A DNA stretch of 62,414 nucleotides, the filler included, from Candidatus Delongbacteria bacterium (GTDB lineage: Bacteria > UBA4055), in NCBI GenBank assembly GCA_016937995.1. It is 3 parts of 3 records of this genome, joined end to end, with 100 filler letters (N's around TTAATTAATTAA, not from the genome) between each part and the next. Parts side by side here need not be neighbours in the genome. Positions count along the whole stretch, not along the records: positions 1 to 27,104 come from JAFGVM010000087.1; positions 27,205 to 55,004 come from JAFGVM010000091.1; 1 more part is not named here. One strand, 5' to 3'. The translations under genes were made by a program, and so were the position numbers. Below are positions 20,752 through 30,463 of this stretch, piece by piece. Within the stretch, counting starts at the first letter, position 1; every line of letters begins with the position of its first letter. The notes beneath the pieces were generated by a model. The model was not told the origin of the DNA, did no database searches, and saw only the letters and a list, made by a program, of their open reading frames with translations.

Positions 20752-21903
20752 TTAATAATCATAAACATCTATTGTCAATTTTTCCACGTTCATTACATAG
20801 AGCCTGCTTCCGATAAAAAATTCTGATTGTTTCATTGTACCAAGAACACCGATAAACGACTTATCAACTACATTAAAGTCAACTCTGTTCAAAAATTGTC
20901 CGTCTTTAAATATATCAATATAGGTTCCTTCCTGATCCAGGCTTCGGTCAATACTCGGTACAACTAAAAGTCTTCCGTATTTATCTGTATAAATATTGCT
21001 TATGGCTTTTTTAAAATTACTTACCTTAATATTTGGGATTCCCTGTGTCATTTTTTTCATTTCTTCTCTGTAAGTACCTTTCTCAGCTTTACCAAGTCTT
21101 ACTTTTTTAAAACTTTTTCTTATCTCGGATCTCTTTTCTCCATTATAATCATAGCAGAATATTCTATATTGTGCATCCGTATTTTCAGATATATATATCA
21201 TATCATTACCCGGTGTGAATGGTATCAATATGTCATTAAAATCAATTTTACCTGACATTAGGTCCTGAACTGAAATTATTTCTTTGTTTAGAGTAGCATC
21301 AGCTTTTATACTGTCTTTATCAAAAACTACCAGAGAAAATTCAACATCAGGTTGAGCACCTTCTTTAGGTATCTGTTCTGCGATATAAGTTACTATCTTG
21401 TTGCCGTCAGGAGATATTTTTGTATTTTGCAGCTGTAATTGATCCATAGTAATATCTTTATAAAAGTTTCCATCAAGATCGAACTTGGAAATTTTACCTG
21501 ATGCAATGCTCATCACGTTCAAAGTGTCATTATCAATGTACATCACAGATGGATAGAACAATTCTCCCGGTCCTCTTCCCTGTCTGCTGATACTCTTTAT
21601 GAACTGTCCTTTATTATCAAACTTTTTAACACTCATTGAAAGGAGATCCAGAATGAACAAGTTCTCATTCTTATCAACTGATAAAGCTATCGGCCTTTTG
21701 AAAAATGCGCTTGAATCTGCCTGATCATCAGTTGTGATCGTATATAATTTTTTAAGATCAAGTTTAGCTTTTGGATCTGCCGGTATATCAGAATTAATAT
21801 ACTGAGTTACCCCGTTTACAACCTTCACCTCCATTGCACCTTGCTTTCCACAAGAGATCAGAACAAGCATTGCTACTATTAAAATTTCTGTTATTCTCTT
21901 CAT
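20752..21903 (-). CDS. 6-bladed beta-propeller lipoprotein
   Basis: Lipobox LISC, QGRGPGE motif, C-terminal IDVYDY; AGGAG RBS before the ATG at 21903 (ORF track starts at 21924). Confidence 0.8.
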   Translation of the reverse strand: MKRITEILIVAMLVLISCGKQGAMEVKVVNGVTQYINSDIPADPKAKLDLKKLYTITTDDQADSSAFFKRPIALSVDKNENLFILDLLSMSVKKFDNKGQFIKSISRQGRGPGELFYPSVMYIDNDTLNVMSIASGKISKFDLDGNFYKDITMDQLQLQNTKISPDGNKIVTYIAEQIPKEGAQPDVEFSLVVFDKDSIKADATLNKEIISVQDLMSGKIDFNDILIPFTPGNDMIYISENTDAQYRIFCYDYNGEKRSEIRKSFKKVRLGKAEKGTYREEMKKMTQGIPNIKVSNFKKAISNIYTDKYGRLLVVPSIDRSLDQEGTYIDIFKDGQFLNRVDFNVVDKSFIGVLGTMKQSEFFIGSRLYVMNVEKLTIDVYDY

Positions 21904-21921
21904 TTGTTTTCTCCTTTTTTT

Positions 21922-22023
21922 CAAGGGGCTGAAACCCCTTGTTCACACTGTCATTGCGATGATTGCTTACAATACGTGGCAATCTATCTTTTAATCTGGG
22001 AACAGTTTGAAACTGCTCCCTAC
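21922..22023. repeat. Cluster of three REP-like palindromes
   Basis: CAAGGGGCTGAAACCCCTTG; GTCATTGCGATG..GTGGCAATCT; GGGAACAGTT..AACTGCTCCCTAC. Confidence 0.7.
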
Positions 22024-22376
22024 GAATGATTATATATCAATTCTACCTAAATGTTAATTTAATTACGATGAAGTGTACTTTTTCAGGGACAAATTACTGT
22101 TTTGCTGCTTGAATGATCCATCTGATTTACAACCTGTTTACTTATATCAATGTTATAGACAAAATGTTTCAATAATAGTTGTCTTAATATTCCTTGATCA
22201 TTAAAATATATTTCGACAGATATTTAATGATTTTTCAGCTACATTAATTAACTTGGTTAAAATAAGTAATTTATTATTAAAAAGAAAGTGTTATAAAATT
22301 TATTTAGCTATTTAGTTTTTATGGAGAATTACCTTATACCTGCCTGATTTAGCGTTTCAGGGAAAAAAATAAATAG

Positions 22377-23015
22377 TTAAGAATAATTCTTACTTACTTC
22401 ATAGTTAATCTTTTTCTTTACCTCACTCCAAATGATACTTTTTTCTAAAATTATTGGATCGGGTTCACATTCTGCATCAATGAAATATGTTAAACTTTTA
22501 ATTATATGAAATTGATTGATATTTGGAAATTTATGATGAAATAAATCCATCATCTCTGTCAATGAAAATCTTTTAAGAATATAGTAAATATCATAAAAAT
22601 CTTTTTTTGAACCTCGATTTGCAATTGCCGATAGTTTCATTGGTATAATATCTTCAATATCAAAAAGTCTAATACCTTCTATTTCAATAATAGGTTTCAA
22701 TTTAGGATATGAATATTTTATTAGGTCAAGTTTTATGGTATTCTCTGATTTCAAAGGATATTCTACCGAAAGATTTAATGCATTTACTTCTATTGAAATA
22801 TCGGTAATTGTATATTTTTTCTCTAGCAATTCTAACAATTCATCCTTGTTAAATTCTTTATTAGTAAAAAGATCAAGGTCAATTGAAATTCTATGCCCTA
22901 ATTGCAAGGCTAATGCAGTACCACCGACTAGAGCGAAATCATAAAGTTCGGGTATTTGCATCAATTGCTTTAGTAATTCCAGAGTTCTTTTATCGATTGT
23001 TCTGTATTGAAGCAT
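22377..23015 (-). CDS. AbiEii-family nucleotidyltransferase (type IV TA toxin-like)
   Basis: LVGGTALALQLGHRISIDLDLF, MKLSAI..RGSKKDFYDIY. Confidence 0.88.
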   Translation of the reverse strand: MLQYRTIDKRTLELLKQLMQIPELYDFALVGGTALALQLGHRISIDLDLFTNKEFNKDELLELLEKKYTITDISIEVNALNLSVEYPLKSENTIKLDLIKYSYPKLKPIIEIEGIRLFDIEDIIPMKLSAIANRGSKKDFYDIYYILKRFSLTEMMDLFHHKFPNINQFHIIKSLTYFIDAECEPDPIILEKSIIWSEVKKKINYEVSKNYS

Positions 23016-23260
23016 CTAAATTTTTCTTTTTTTATTTTGAATAATGAAGCTAAAAAATTAAAAGTTAATTTATCTAAATATCTAATATTAACTACTTCTG
23101 ATTTTATTCTATCTACACCATAATATTTTTTTAATATAAACCAATCCTTTAAATTTCCGCGAGTTACAACTCGTTCAATAACAAATTTAACATTTATATC
23201 AAAATCAATGCTGTCGTATTCTACATCCCAGAATAGTTTTTTATTAAAATTTGGTTTCAT
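22970..23260 (-). CDS. DUF6922-like small protein (putative antitoxin)
   Basis: LFWDV..ID..FVIERV..RG..DW..YG pattern; overlaps the AbiEii-like gene. Confidence 0.7.
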   Translation of the reverse strand: MKPNFNKKLFWDVEYDSIDFDINVKFVIERVVTRGNLKDWFILKKYYGVDRIKSEVVNIRYLDKLTFNFLASLFKIKKEKFRCFNTEQSIKELWNY

Positions 23261-23369
23261 ATAGCTACAAGAGATATTATCATTTTCTCATTACACAACA
23301 ATTTAAAACTTTATATCATCTATATCAATATAATTTTCTTTTAATTTTCGAAATGCCATAACCTATCCT

Positions 23370-23438
23370 GTCATCCTGAATTTATTTCAGGATCTTGTTT
23401 CAACTCTCCATATACAAGGGGTTAAAACCACCTTGTTC
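23370..23438. repeat. Two REP-like palindromes
   Basis: GTCATCCTGAATTTATTTCAGGATCT; CAAGGGGTTAAAACCACCTTGTTC. Confidence 0.65.
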
Positions 23439-23538
23439 AAATATATTCTACTTCGAATCTTCCTGTAATAACTTTTTATCCTTACATTAAATGAAAGTAA
23501 GATGTTTAGGATTAAAAAGAAAGAATTATAATATTTTT

Positions 23539-23868
23539 TTAGCTATGTAGTTGGGGAAAGTTAAAGCTTGTTTTGTCAACTATCTTATAAACAACAAAAT
23601 GATTTTGACTCCAGCGAACAATATAAGGTAACTGAGAACTTTGTTTTAAAGAATCATAGCTGGGCTTAACATCTCTTGTACGAAATCCAATTGTTCCAGC
23701 AACATTGCTGATGCTCAACAAAGAAACACCTTCTCTAGTTGTAAAAGCTTTTTCTCTAAGAGTTTCAAGTGTGTAACTTTTCTTATAATATTTCGCTATG
23801 ATCCGCAGACAAGTAGCACCACAGTCCATAGAATCAAGTTGTTTGTAGAAATGGAATTTATTTAGCAT
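23539..23868 (-). pseudogene. Truncated peptidase-containing ABC transporter (C39 domain only)
   Basis: QLDSMDCGATCL..IAKYY..EGVSLL..NHFVV, then the frame ends with no TM or NBD domains. Confidence 0.8.
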
Positions 23869-23920
23869 TTACTTAATATTTTTGATTATTATGTATTTGC
23901 TCCTAAACAACGAAGTTAAA

Positions 23921-25051
23921 TTAAAAGAAATCGTAATCAAAAACCTTCACTATAGAATTATCTAGATCAATAGCTATCAATTTATTTTTATCGAAAGTCA
24001 ACCATTTAAAACTGTCAGGAAGAGGTAATTTTATTCTTTTCATAAAAACTCCTTCTGAATTGAATATATCATAATATTGATGATCCAATTCCAATCCTTC
24101 TACAGCCGGTTTTATCCACAAATTTTCATTTTTATCTATATACATACTCTGAATCTGTTTCTCGAAATCGGCAACAACTTTTACCATCGGATTGCGGAGA
24201 TCGATTTCATGTGCTTTCTTTTTAATTTTATCTGAGCAATGGATCCTTCTGGATTTTTTTTCTATCCTTCTGATCTTAACGCCTTTCAGATCATAAACAT
24301 CAACAGCATAGACTAAGGAGCTAAGATCTTCAAAATATATCCTACCATTAACAAAACTACACTGGCGTTTTTCATTAGTAACACGGTAATTAAAATTATT
24401 AAGATCCTCCGTTGAGTTTACTTCAAAAATCTTTGAATAATTCTCTAGATTATATTCATCAAGCTGATATACACATAGAGTTGTAAATTGTTTTTTCTTC
24501 TCCATATCTGGAACCATGTTTCTGTTATAACAAATAATTGTATCGTTGGAATTCATAATTTTCTGATATGTATATTTACCTTCAAAGAGTCTGTACTGCC
24601 TGATAAAATTACCTTCTTTTGTAAAGATCGAAGTTTTTCCATATTCACCGAAAATATATACAGAATCTTGCATGACTTTGATATCGTTGATGATAATACT
24701 TTCTCCAGGACCCTGACCTTTTCTGTAGAAGTTGAAAACATAATTACCCTTTCTATCCACTTTGTAGACAACACAATTTCTAAAATCAGAGATGTAAATA
24801 TTACCATCATGATCCAAAGCAGCTCTGGAAAACGATTTGATAGCCGGGATACTGTCTGGAAGCACAAGCATATCAAGAGATATTTCACTTATCAGTTTTA
24901 AATTAAGCTGTAAGTCTGGTGATGATTCTATGTTTTTGTTGGAAACAATCTCTACACCGTCTTTGACTTCAATAATATAATTCTTATCTTTTCTACAACT
25001 TATCAATATCAGTATGCAGAGAAGAAAAGTAGTAAATTTAATTTTGGACAT
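23921..25051 (-). CDS. 6-bladed beta-propeller lipoprotein
   Basis: Lipobox LISC, KGQGPGE, C-terminal VKVFDY; paralogue of 20752-21903. Confidence 0.8.
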   Translation of the reverse strand: MSKIKFTTFLLCILILISCRKDKNYIIEVKDGVEIVSNKNIESSPDLQLNLKLISEISLDMLVLPDSIPAIKSFSRAALDHDGNIYISDFRNCVVYKVDRKGNYVFNFYRKGQGPGESIIINDIKVMQDSVYIFGEYGKTSIFTKEGNFIRQYRLFEGKYTYQKIMNSNDTIICYNRNMVPDMEKKKQFTTLCVYQLDEYNLENYSKIFEVNSTEDLNNFNYRVTNEKRQCSFVNGRIYFEDLSSLVYAVDVYDLKGVKIRRIEKKSRRIHCSDKIKKKAHEIDLRNPMVKVVADFEKQIQSMYIDKNENLWIKPAVEGLELDHQYYDIFNSEGVFMKRIKLPLPDSFKWLTFDKNKLIAIDLDNSIVKVFDYDFF

Positions 25052-25069
25052 TATTACTCCTTATTGCTA

Positions 25070-25624
25070 TTAACCAATTTTACAAAGATTATATTGACCT
25101 ATGAGAAGTTCGTAATCTGATATCGGAGGACATAATTCCTGAAAACAACATTTATTACATGGTTTGACTTTACTTCTAGTTAAAAACCAGTTACTTGTTT
25201 CTTTTCATGCATTTATTAAGATCGAAACAAAGTTCTGGTCAATTCTTCCAATAGTTTTCTTGTCAAACACTGAAGTTTTAATAGACTTATCAGGAAGTAC
25301 ATATAAATTGCCATAGGAATTTCGATTCAAAGTTCGATTAGCGAAGATATCTTTACGCTTTGTTGTTGTACCAGCAAAATCGCAAGAATCAAGATACACA
25401 CTATTTTTAAAGAAATCAATATTCTTATTATTATAAATTGGCTTAAATCTATAGTTATCAATATTATATTTTTTTATTACTTTGTTGAAGGACTCTTTCC
25501 CATTGTGGAATTTTCTATAAGAATTTGCATATCTATTCCCGTCAAGGCTTATTAAAATTCTAAAATCATTTTTCACTAGAAATTCCATATATTTATCTAA
25601 TAATACTCCTTTCTTATGACTCAT
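25070..25624 (-). pseudogene. Chimeric remnant of a radical SAM peptide maturase and a pseudo-rSAM/SPASM protein (GG-Bacteroidales-like system)
   Basis: N-part LLDKYMEFL..ILISLDG..SYR is rSAM core without CxxxCxxC. In-frame TGA at 25205-25207, then KETSNWFLTRSKVKPCNKCCFQELCPPISDYELLIGQYNLCKIG*. Confidence 0.7.
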
Positions 25625-25681
25625 TTATTTACGAGGTAATATATTATTGTAACAACGAAAAATGTTTCATATATTTCTTTT

Positions 25682-25870
25682 ATGAAAAAAAGCCTGAAAA
25701 TAGTAAAAAAAGGACATGATGAGAGCAATCTAATATATTGGTTGTCACTTAGTTATAAAAATAGATTGATAAATCTTCAAAAAATGCGAGAAGAAGTAAA
25801 TGAAAGATTCTATCCAGATCAACAACGATTTCAAAGAGTTTGCAGAATTACTAGAAAAAAACAAAGTTAA
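25682..25870 (+). CDS. Small basic protein, partner of the downstream nucleotidyltransferase
   Basis: YWLSLSYKNRL..QQRFQRV pattern; overlaps the next gene. Confidence 0.5.
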   Translation: MKKSLKIVKKGHDESNLIYWLSLSYKNRLINLQKMREEVNERFYPDQQRFQRVCRITRKKQS

Positions 25871-26282
25871 ATATCTTATAATTGGTGGCTTTGCAGTCAA
25901 TTTTCACGGTTATCCCAGGTACACAAAAGATATTGACATTTGGTTAATGGTAGATCCCTCAAATATTGATAATTTCTTAAAAACTCTTAAAGAATTCGGA
26001 TTTGAAAGCCTAGGTTTGAATGAAAAAGATTTTTCTGATAAGGATAATATAATTCAACTGGGTTATGAACCTAATAGAATTGATATTCTTGTATCTGTTG
26101 ATGGATTGGAATTTCAAAAAACCTATGAAAACAGATTAGATTATAAATACGATGATATTTGCTTGAACTTTATTTCAATAGATGATTTAATAATTGCAAA
26201 ACAGACATCTGGAAGGCCACAGGACTTAGCTGACGCAGACATTTTGTTAAAAATAAAAAATCGTTCAAAACAAAGTATTTAG
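25800..26282 (+). CDS. Nucleotidyltransferase-family protein (DUF6036-like)
   Basis: YLIIGGFAVNFHGYPRYTKDIDIW, K..SGRPQDLAD. Confidence 0.8.
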   Translation: MKDSIQINNDFKEFAELLEKNKVKYLIIGGFAVNFHGYPRYTKDIDIWLMVDPSNIDNFLKTLKEFGFESLGLNEKDFSDKDNIIQLGYEPNRIDILVSVDGLEFQKTYENRLDYKYDDICLNFISIDDLIIAKQTSGRPQDLADADILLKIKNRSKQSI

Positions 26283-26294
26283 AATTCACATCAT

Positions 26295-26591
26295 TTACAC
26301 AACTTCCGTAAAATCCGGTAACACAAAATACATTAACGTGTAGAATATCAATATAAACCATCCGAAAATAGGAATCGTTTTACCTTCGAGGAATGAAGCC
26401 CACCCAGCAGCCAGCCATCCAACTATGGTTCCTCCATAGTTATCCATGAACCATTCTCCAAACCAGATCAAAGCTAGTGGACCTAAAAGAGTTAAGGTTA
26501 CATCTAACACATCCTCTCTTTTCAGCATAGATACAATAGCTACAAATATCAATGCATATATAATTGAAATTATTTTACTTTTATTTATCAT
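26295..26591 (-). CDS. Small membrane protein of unknown function
   Basis: Three to four hydrophobic segments; AAGGA RBS before the ATG at 26591. Confidence 0.5.
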   Translation of the reverse strand: MINKSKIISIIYALIFVAIVSMLKREDVLDVTLTLLGPLALIWFGEWFMDNYGGTIVGWLAAGWASFLEGKTIPIFGWFILIFYTLMYFVLPDFTEVV

Positions 26592-26601
26592 GTAATTTTC
26601 C

Positions 26602-27033
26602 TTATTTAAATTCATAATCATATACTTCAATGATATCATTTCCATAATCTATCAAATAGAATTTGTCTTTTAAGTAAATTGCTTTCTCATGTTTTTCTTT
26701 TGAAGGATTTACCAATACGAAGTTAGCAATCAGTTTATCATTACTAAAGATATCGAATACCATATCCTTGCCAGAAAATCCACCATCAATAAAAGTCCAC
26801 AAATAACCATTTTTATCCGTCATAATATCATACATTGCCAGTTTATAATCATATATTTCATCAGCGTCTTCAGGTTTACCATCCTTAAAGATCTCATCTA
26901 ATTCCTCTTTGGTAAATCGTTTTTTAGCATAATTTTTTCGTATTTTCCCTTTCCATTCTCCAGAATGCGAATAAACATCAACCTTATATTCCGATTTGTT
27001 TCTCAAAGTTACAAAAATAGGTGTAATGGTCAA
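26602..27033 (-). pseudogene. C-terminal fragment of a third beta-propeller protein
   Basis: EYKVDVYS..IRK..TDKNGYLW..FDIF..IIEVYDY like its paralogues; in-frame TAG at 27064-27066 and the contig end lie upstream. Confidence 0.6.
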
Positions 27034-27104
27034 AAAGTGGGTGCTATTTAGATAATAAATAATCTAGAATTTTAAACTTTCTATGTTCTTTGAGACCTGC
27101 ATGA

Positions 27105-27203
27105 NNNNNNNNNNNNNNNNNNNNNNNNNNNNNNNNNNNNNNNNNNNNTTAATTAATTAANNNNNNNNNNNNNNNNNNNNNNNNNNNNNNNNNNNNNNNN
27201 NNN
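27105..27203. other. Artificial contig linker (N44-TTAATTAATTAA-N43)
   Basis: All-frame stop spacer flanked by Ns; identical copy at 55005-55103. Confidence 0.97.
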
Positions 27204-27519
27204 NCGGTGGTGGCATAATTTCATTGCCGGAATATGTTTCATAGAATGATTTCATTCTCCAAATATTCCTTGGTGAAAAACCACGAACTCCAGGGAAATT
27301 AATCTGAAGGTCTTTTGATAATCTTTCGACTGTAGAATCTCCCCATGATTCACTTTTAATCTTATCGCTTACAGTATTACCTATAAACCAATACAGCAAT
27401 ACGGTTTCTTTGTTAACCTTCTTTAGCATCGACAGTCTAGCTTTATTGATCCTTTTGATTATCGTACTCAAAGTTGACTCGTAGTCAGATGAGATTATTT
27501 TACTTTTTTTTGCAGTCAT
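27204..27519 (-). CDS. DUF1016/YhcG family protein, N-terminal part (cut by the gap)
   Basis: VNKETVLLYWFIG..WGDSTVERLSKDLQ..FPG.RGFSPRNIWRMKSFY. Confidence 0.85.
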
Positions 27520-27814
27520 TTCAGAATCCTTAAAGAATACTTTTTTTTCTCGGATAAATTTAACACTTGTGCATTGAAATATCAAATTAATATGATTACA
27601 TTTCTCGAACCACCGGTACGAGAGATATAATTCTCCAACCGATGGATGGTGAAACAAAGAACTGATTATTAGAAACTTAGCCTGATTTGCTCGGAGATCG
27701 GTAAAATTGGTGAGCTCAATAAACCTGACAGGTGACTGATTACTACTATCCTACAACATTGGCAAAATGACTTGACCCGTGTGATGTTTTATCTTGTGAA
27801 CTTTTTTCCATGAC

Positions 27815-27888
27815 CGTTGTCCAAACTTACACAACTTTGGCAAAATGGCACTGTCGTTATCATCTATTGGTCCGAATGCTTTAGCATT
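27815..27888 (+). repeat. 74-bp dispersed repeat, copy 1 (attC-like)
   Basis: 66/74 identity with 42008-42081 by manual alignment. Confidence 0.75.
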
Positions 27889-28017
27889 ATCGTAAACTTA
27901 TCCATTAATCTCAAACAACTAATCCTTATAAATTTAAACTATATCCCCTATTCTCTTTTTGTTAATTTAACCTGAAAAAATATATAAAATAAAGAAAGGT
28001 ATTTAGGGAACATCAGA

Positions 28018-29553
28018 TTAATAGAAAAGCTCTTTTGAAACCTTTTCTGCAGCTTCAACAATCTTATATTCTTTTACAAGTTTTACCAATTTAACAATAT
28101 CGTTATGGATAAGTCTATCTTTCTTCATGAATGAGATGCTTTTTCTGATCGTGTCATAAACACTCTTTATAGCTTTAGCTGATTGAGAAGGATCTCTATA
28201 ATCAAGAGCCTGAGCAGCACAAAGTAATTCAATTGAAATCACATTGGTAGTATTTTCAAGTATCGTAAGCATTTTTCTGGCAGCATGAGTACCCATACTT
28301 ACATGATCTTCTTTATTAGAAGAAGTTGGTATCGAATCAACAGAAGCAGGATGTGAAAGAACTTTATTCTCACTCACCAGAGAAGCAGCTGTTACTTGTG
28401 TCATCATGTGACCTGAATTCAATCCCCCTTTAGAAACAAGAAAAGCAGGTAAACCGTCGTTCGTAGCCGGATCAAGCATATATTCGATCCTTCTTTCACT
28501 GATACTTGCCAATTCGCTAAGAGCAATAGACATAAAATCCATTACAAATGCTATCGGTTCCCCATGGAAATTCCCGCCTGAGATAACATCCTGATCCTTC
28601 TCAAATACTAATGGATTATCAGTTATAGAGTTCATCTCCGTAAGAACAACAGTCTTAACGTGAGCATACGTATCTTTGATCGCACCATGGACCTGAGGAA
28701 TACATCTTAAGCTATATGCATCCTGTACTTTATTACACTTTTTATGTGATTCGATTATTTTACTTCCCCTTAGTAGAGATAAAAAATTCATCGCTGTTTT
28801 TTTCTGCCCCGGATGAGGTCTGACACTCTGAACCCTAAGATCAAATGCAGAAATAGTTCCCATCAATGCCTCAAGTGACATTGCACCGGAGATGTCAGCA
28901 CATTTTAGAATGTTTTCAATTCGGATCAATCCAACAGCTGCTATTGCAGTCATGACCTGGGTTCCATTTAAAATAGCAAGACCTTCCTTCTCCTGAAGCT
29001 CTAATGCCGGAATACCAGCTAATTGCATAGCTTTTTTTCCACTTATAAGCTTACCTTTATAAAAAGCTTTCCCCTGCCCCGTCATAACCAATGCCATATG
29101 AGCCAAAGGTGCAAGGTCACCTGATGCTCCAACTGAACCTTTCTCCGGAATATATGGAATAACATTTTTATTTATCATTTGAACAAGAGTTTCAGCCACT
29201 ACCAGTCTTACTCCTGAGTTACCCGGAAGAAAACTATTCAGCTTAAGAACCATAACTCCTTTTGCTATTTCCAAGCTTAAAGGCTCACCGACACCTACCG
29301 CATGAGATAAGATAATATTTTTTTGTAATGTAACAGTATTTTTCTTATCTATGACAACATTACTGAACTTTCCAAATCCTGTGTTTATACCATATTTCAC
29401 ATAACTGTGATCAACTATATCTTCAATTACTTTTCTGCACTTTTCAATATTTTTGACCGAAGTTTTATCTATCACGATTTTCATATCTTCAAAAACTATT
29501 TTTGAATATTTTTCTAGGTCAATTGAAAAACCATCTAAAATTATTGCTTTCAT
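28018..29553 (-). CDS. hutH: Histidine ammonia-lyase
   Basis: YGINTGFG, GASGDLAPL (MIO ASG), QDAYSLRC, SGGNFHG, EDHVSMG. Confidence 0.97.
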   Translation of the reverse strand: MKAIILDGFSIDLEKYSKIVFEDMKIVIDKTSVKNIEKCRKVIEDIVDHSYVKYGINTGFGKFSNVVIDKKNTVTLQKNIILSHAVGVGEPLSLEIAKGVMVLKLNSFLPGNSGVRLVVAETLVQMINKNVIPYIPEKGSVGASGDLAPLAHMALVMTGQGKAFYKGKLISGKKAMQLAGIPALELQEKEGLAILNGTQVMTAIAAVGLIRIENILKCADISGAMSLEALMGTISAFDLRVQSVRPHPGQKKTAMNFLSLLRGSKIIESHKKCNKVQDAYSLRCIPQVHGAIKDTYAHVKTVVLTEMNSITDNPLVFEKDQDVISGGNFHGEPIAFVMDFMSIALSELASISERRIEYMLDPATNDGLPAFLVSKGGLNSGHMMTQVTAASLVSENKVLSHPASVDSIPTSSNKEDHVSMGTHAARKMLTILENTTNVISIELLCAAQALDYRDPSQSAKAIKSVYDTIRKSISFMKKDRLIHNDIVKLVKLVKEYKIVEAAEKVSKELFY

Positions 29554-29890
29554 ATTTAATCCTTATAATTCAATTTAATTATCAACCCAAAGATAATGTG
29601 CTTCTTTAGTTTTGCAAAACAAATTTTATAAAGTAAAGTCTTACATTTCGATTAACTCAATGTGACTTAACTCACCACTTACAACTTACAACTTATCACT
29701 GTCCACAAAAAAATATTCATTATGAATATTTTTTTCTTGCAATTAGCACTCGCTTTTCTTATATTCGCGTTGCTCGCACTAAAAAACAGGCATCTCATTC
29801 CACCAAAACAACAAATTAAACAACTAACCCTTGTAATTCTAACCTTATTCGTGTATTTTCTTTTCGTTAATAACTGGCTGAGAGTAAAAA

Positions 29891-30460
29891 ATGAAGATTG
29901 GTATTTGCGGAAGATCAGGAAGCGGGAAAAGTACAGCTTCATCATACTTTGCAGATAAAGGTTATCAGGTTATTGATCTTGATCTATACGCCAAAAGTCT
30001 GGATAATAAATATCCTGAGATATTAGACAGGATAAAAATGACTTTCGGACCTCAAATCATTAAGAACGGAATAATAAACAGGAAAATTCTGGGTGAGATC
30101 GTCTTTGGTTCATCTGTTGAACTCAACAAGCTTAATGAGATATACTTTGAATTTCTGAGAAGAGATATGATCGAACTTATAAAAAACAATGAAAATATCG
30201 TGGTCGAAGGAGCAGTGATATTTGAGATAGGATTAGACGCATACTTAGATAAGATATTATTCATGATCGCAGACGAGACAAAATTACTGGAAAGAATTTC
30301 ACATAGAGAGAAAAGTAACTTAGAAACATTGAAGAACAGACTTAAAATACAAAAGAAATATGATGTTTACATTGATAAAGCAGATTATACTATAGAAACG
30401 AACGGTACAAAGGAAGAATTGTACGAAAAACTAGATGAATTGATAATGGAAAATGGATAA
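29891..30460 (+). CDS. coaE: Dephospho-CoA kinase
   Basis: GICGRSGSGKST, VIDLD, INRKILGEIVF, ADYTIETNG. Confidence 0.88.
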   Translation: MKIGICGRSGSGKSTASSYFADKGYQVIDLDLYAKSLDNKYPEILDRIKMTFGPQIIKNGIINRKILGEIVFGSSVELNKLNEIYFEFLRRDMIELIKNNENIVVEGAVIFEIGLDAYLDKILFMIADETKLLERISHREKSNLETLKNRLKIQKKYDVYIDKADYTIETNGTKEELYEKLDELIMENG

Positions 30461-30463
30461 ATT

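Noticed and set aside
25205-25207. Sec at the in-frame TGA of the pseudo-rSAM remnant
   Set aside because: Not in a Cys motif, and the gene is already a deletion chimera, so a nonsense mutation is simpler
27149-27160. TTAATTAATTAA palindrome as a biological site
   Set aside because: Assembly linker embedded in Ns and repeated identically
29743-29769. CIRCE element
   Set aside because: Only the left arm TTAGCACTC is present; no GAGTGCTAA after 9 nt and no adjacent chaperone gene
29679-29958. Short ORFs between hutH and coaE
   Set aside because: They overlap coaE, lack an RBS and any recognisable motif; probably divergent promoter DNA
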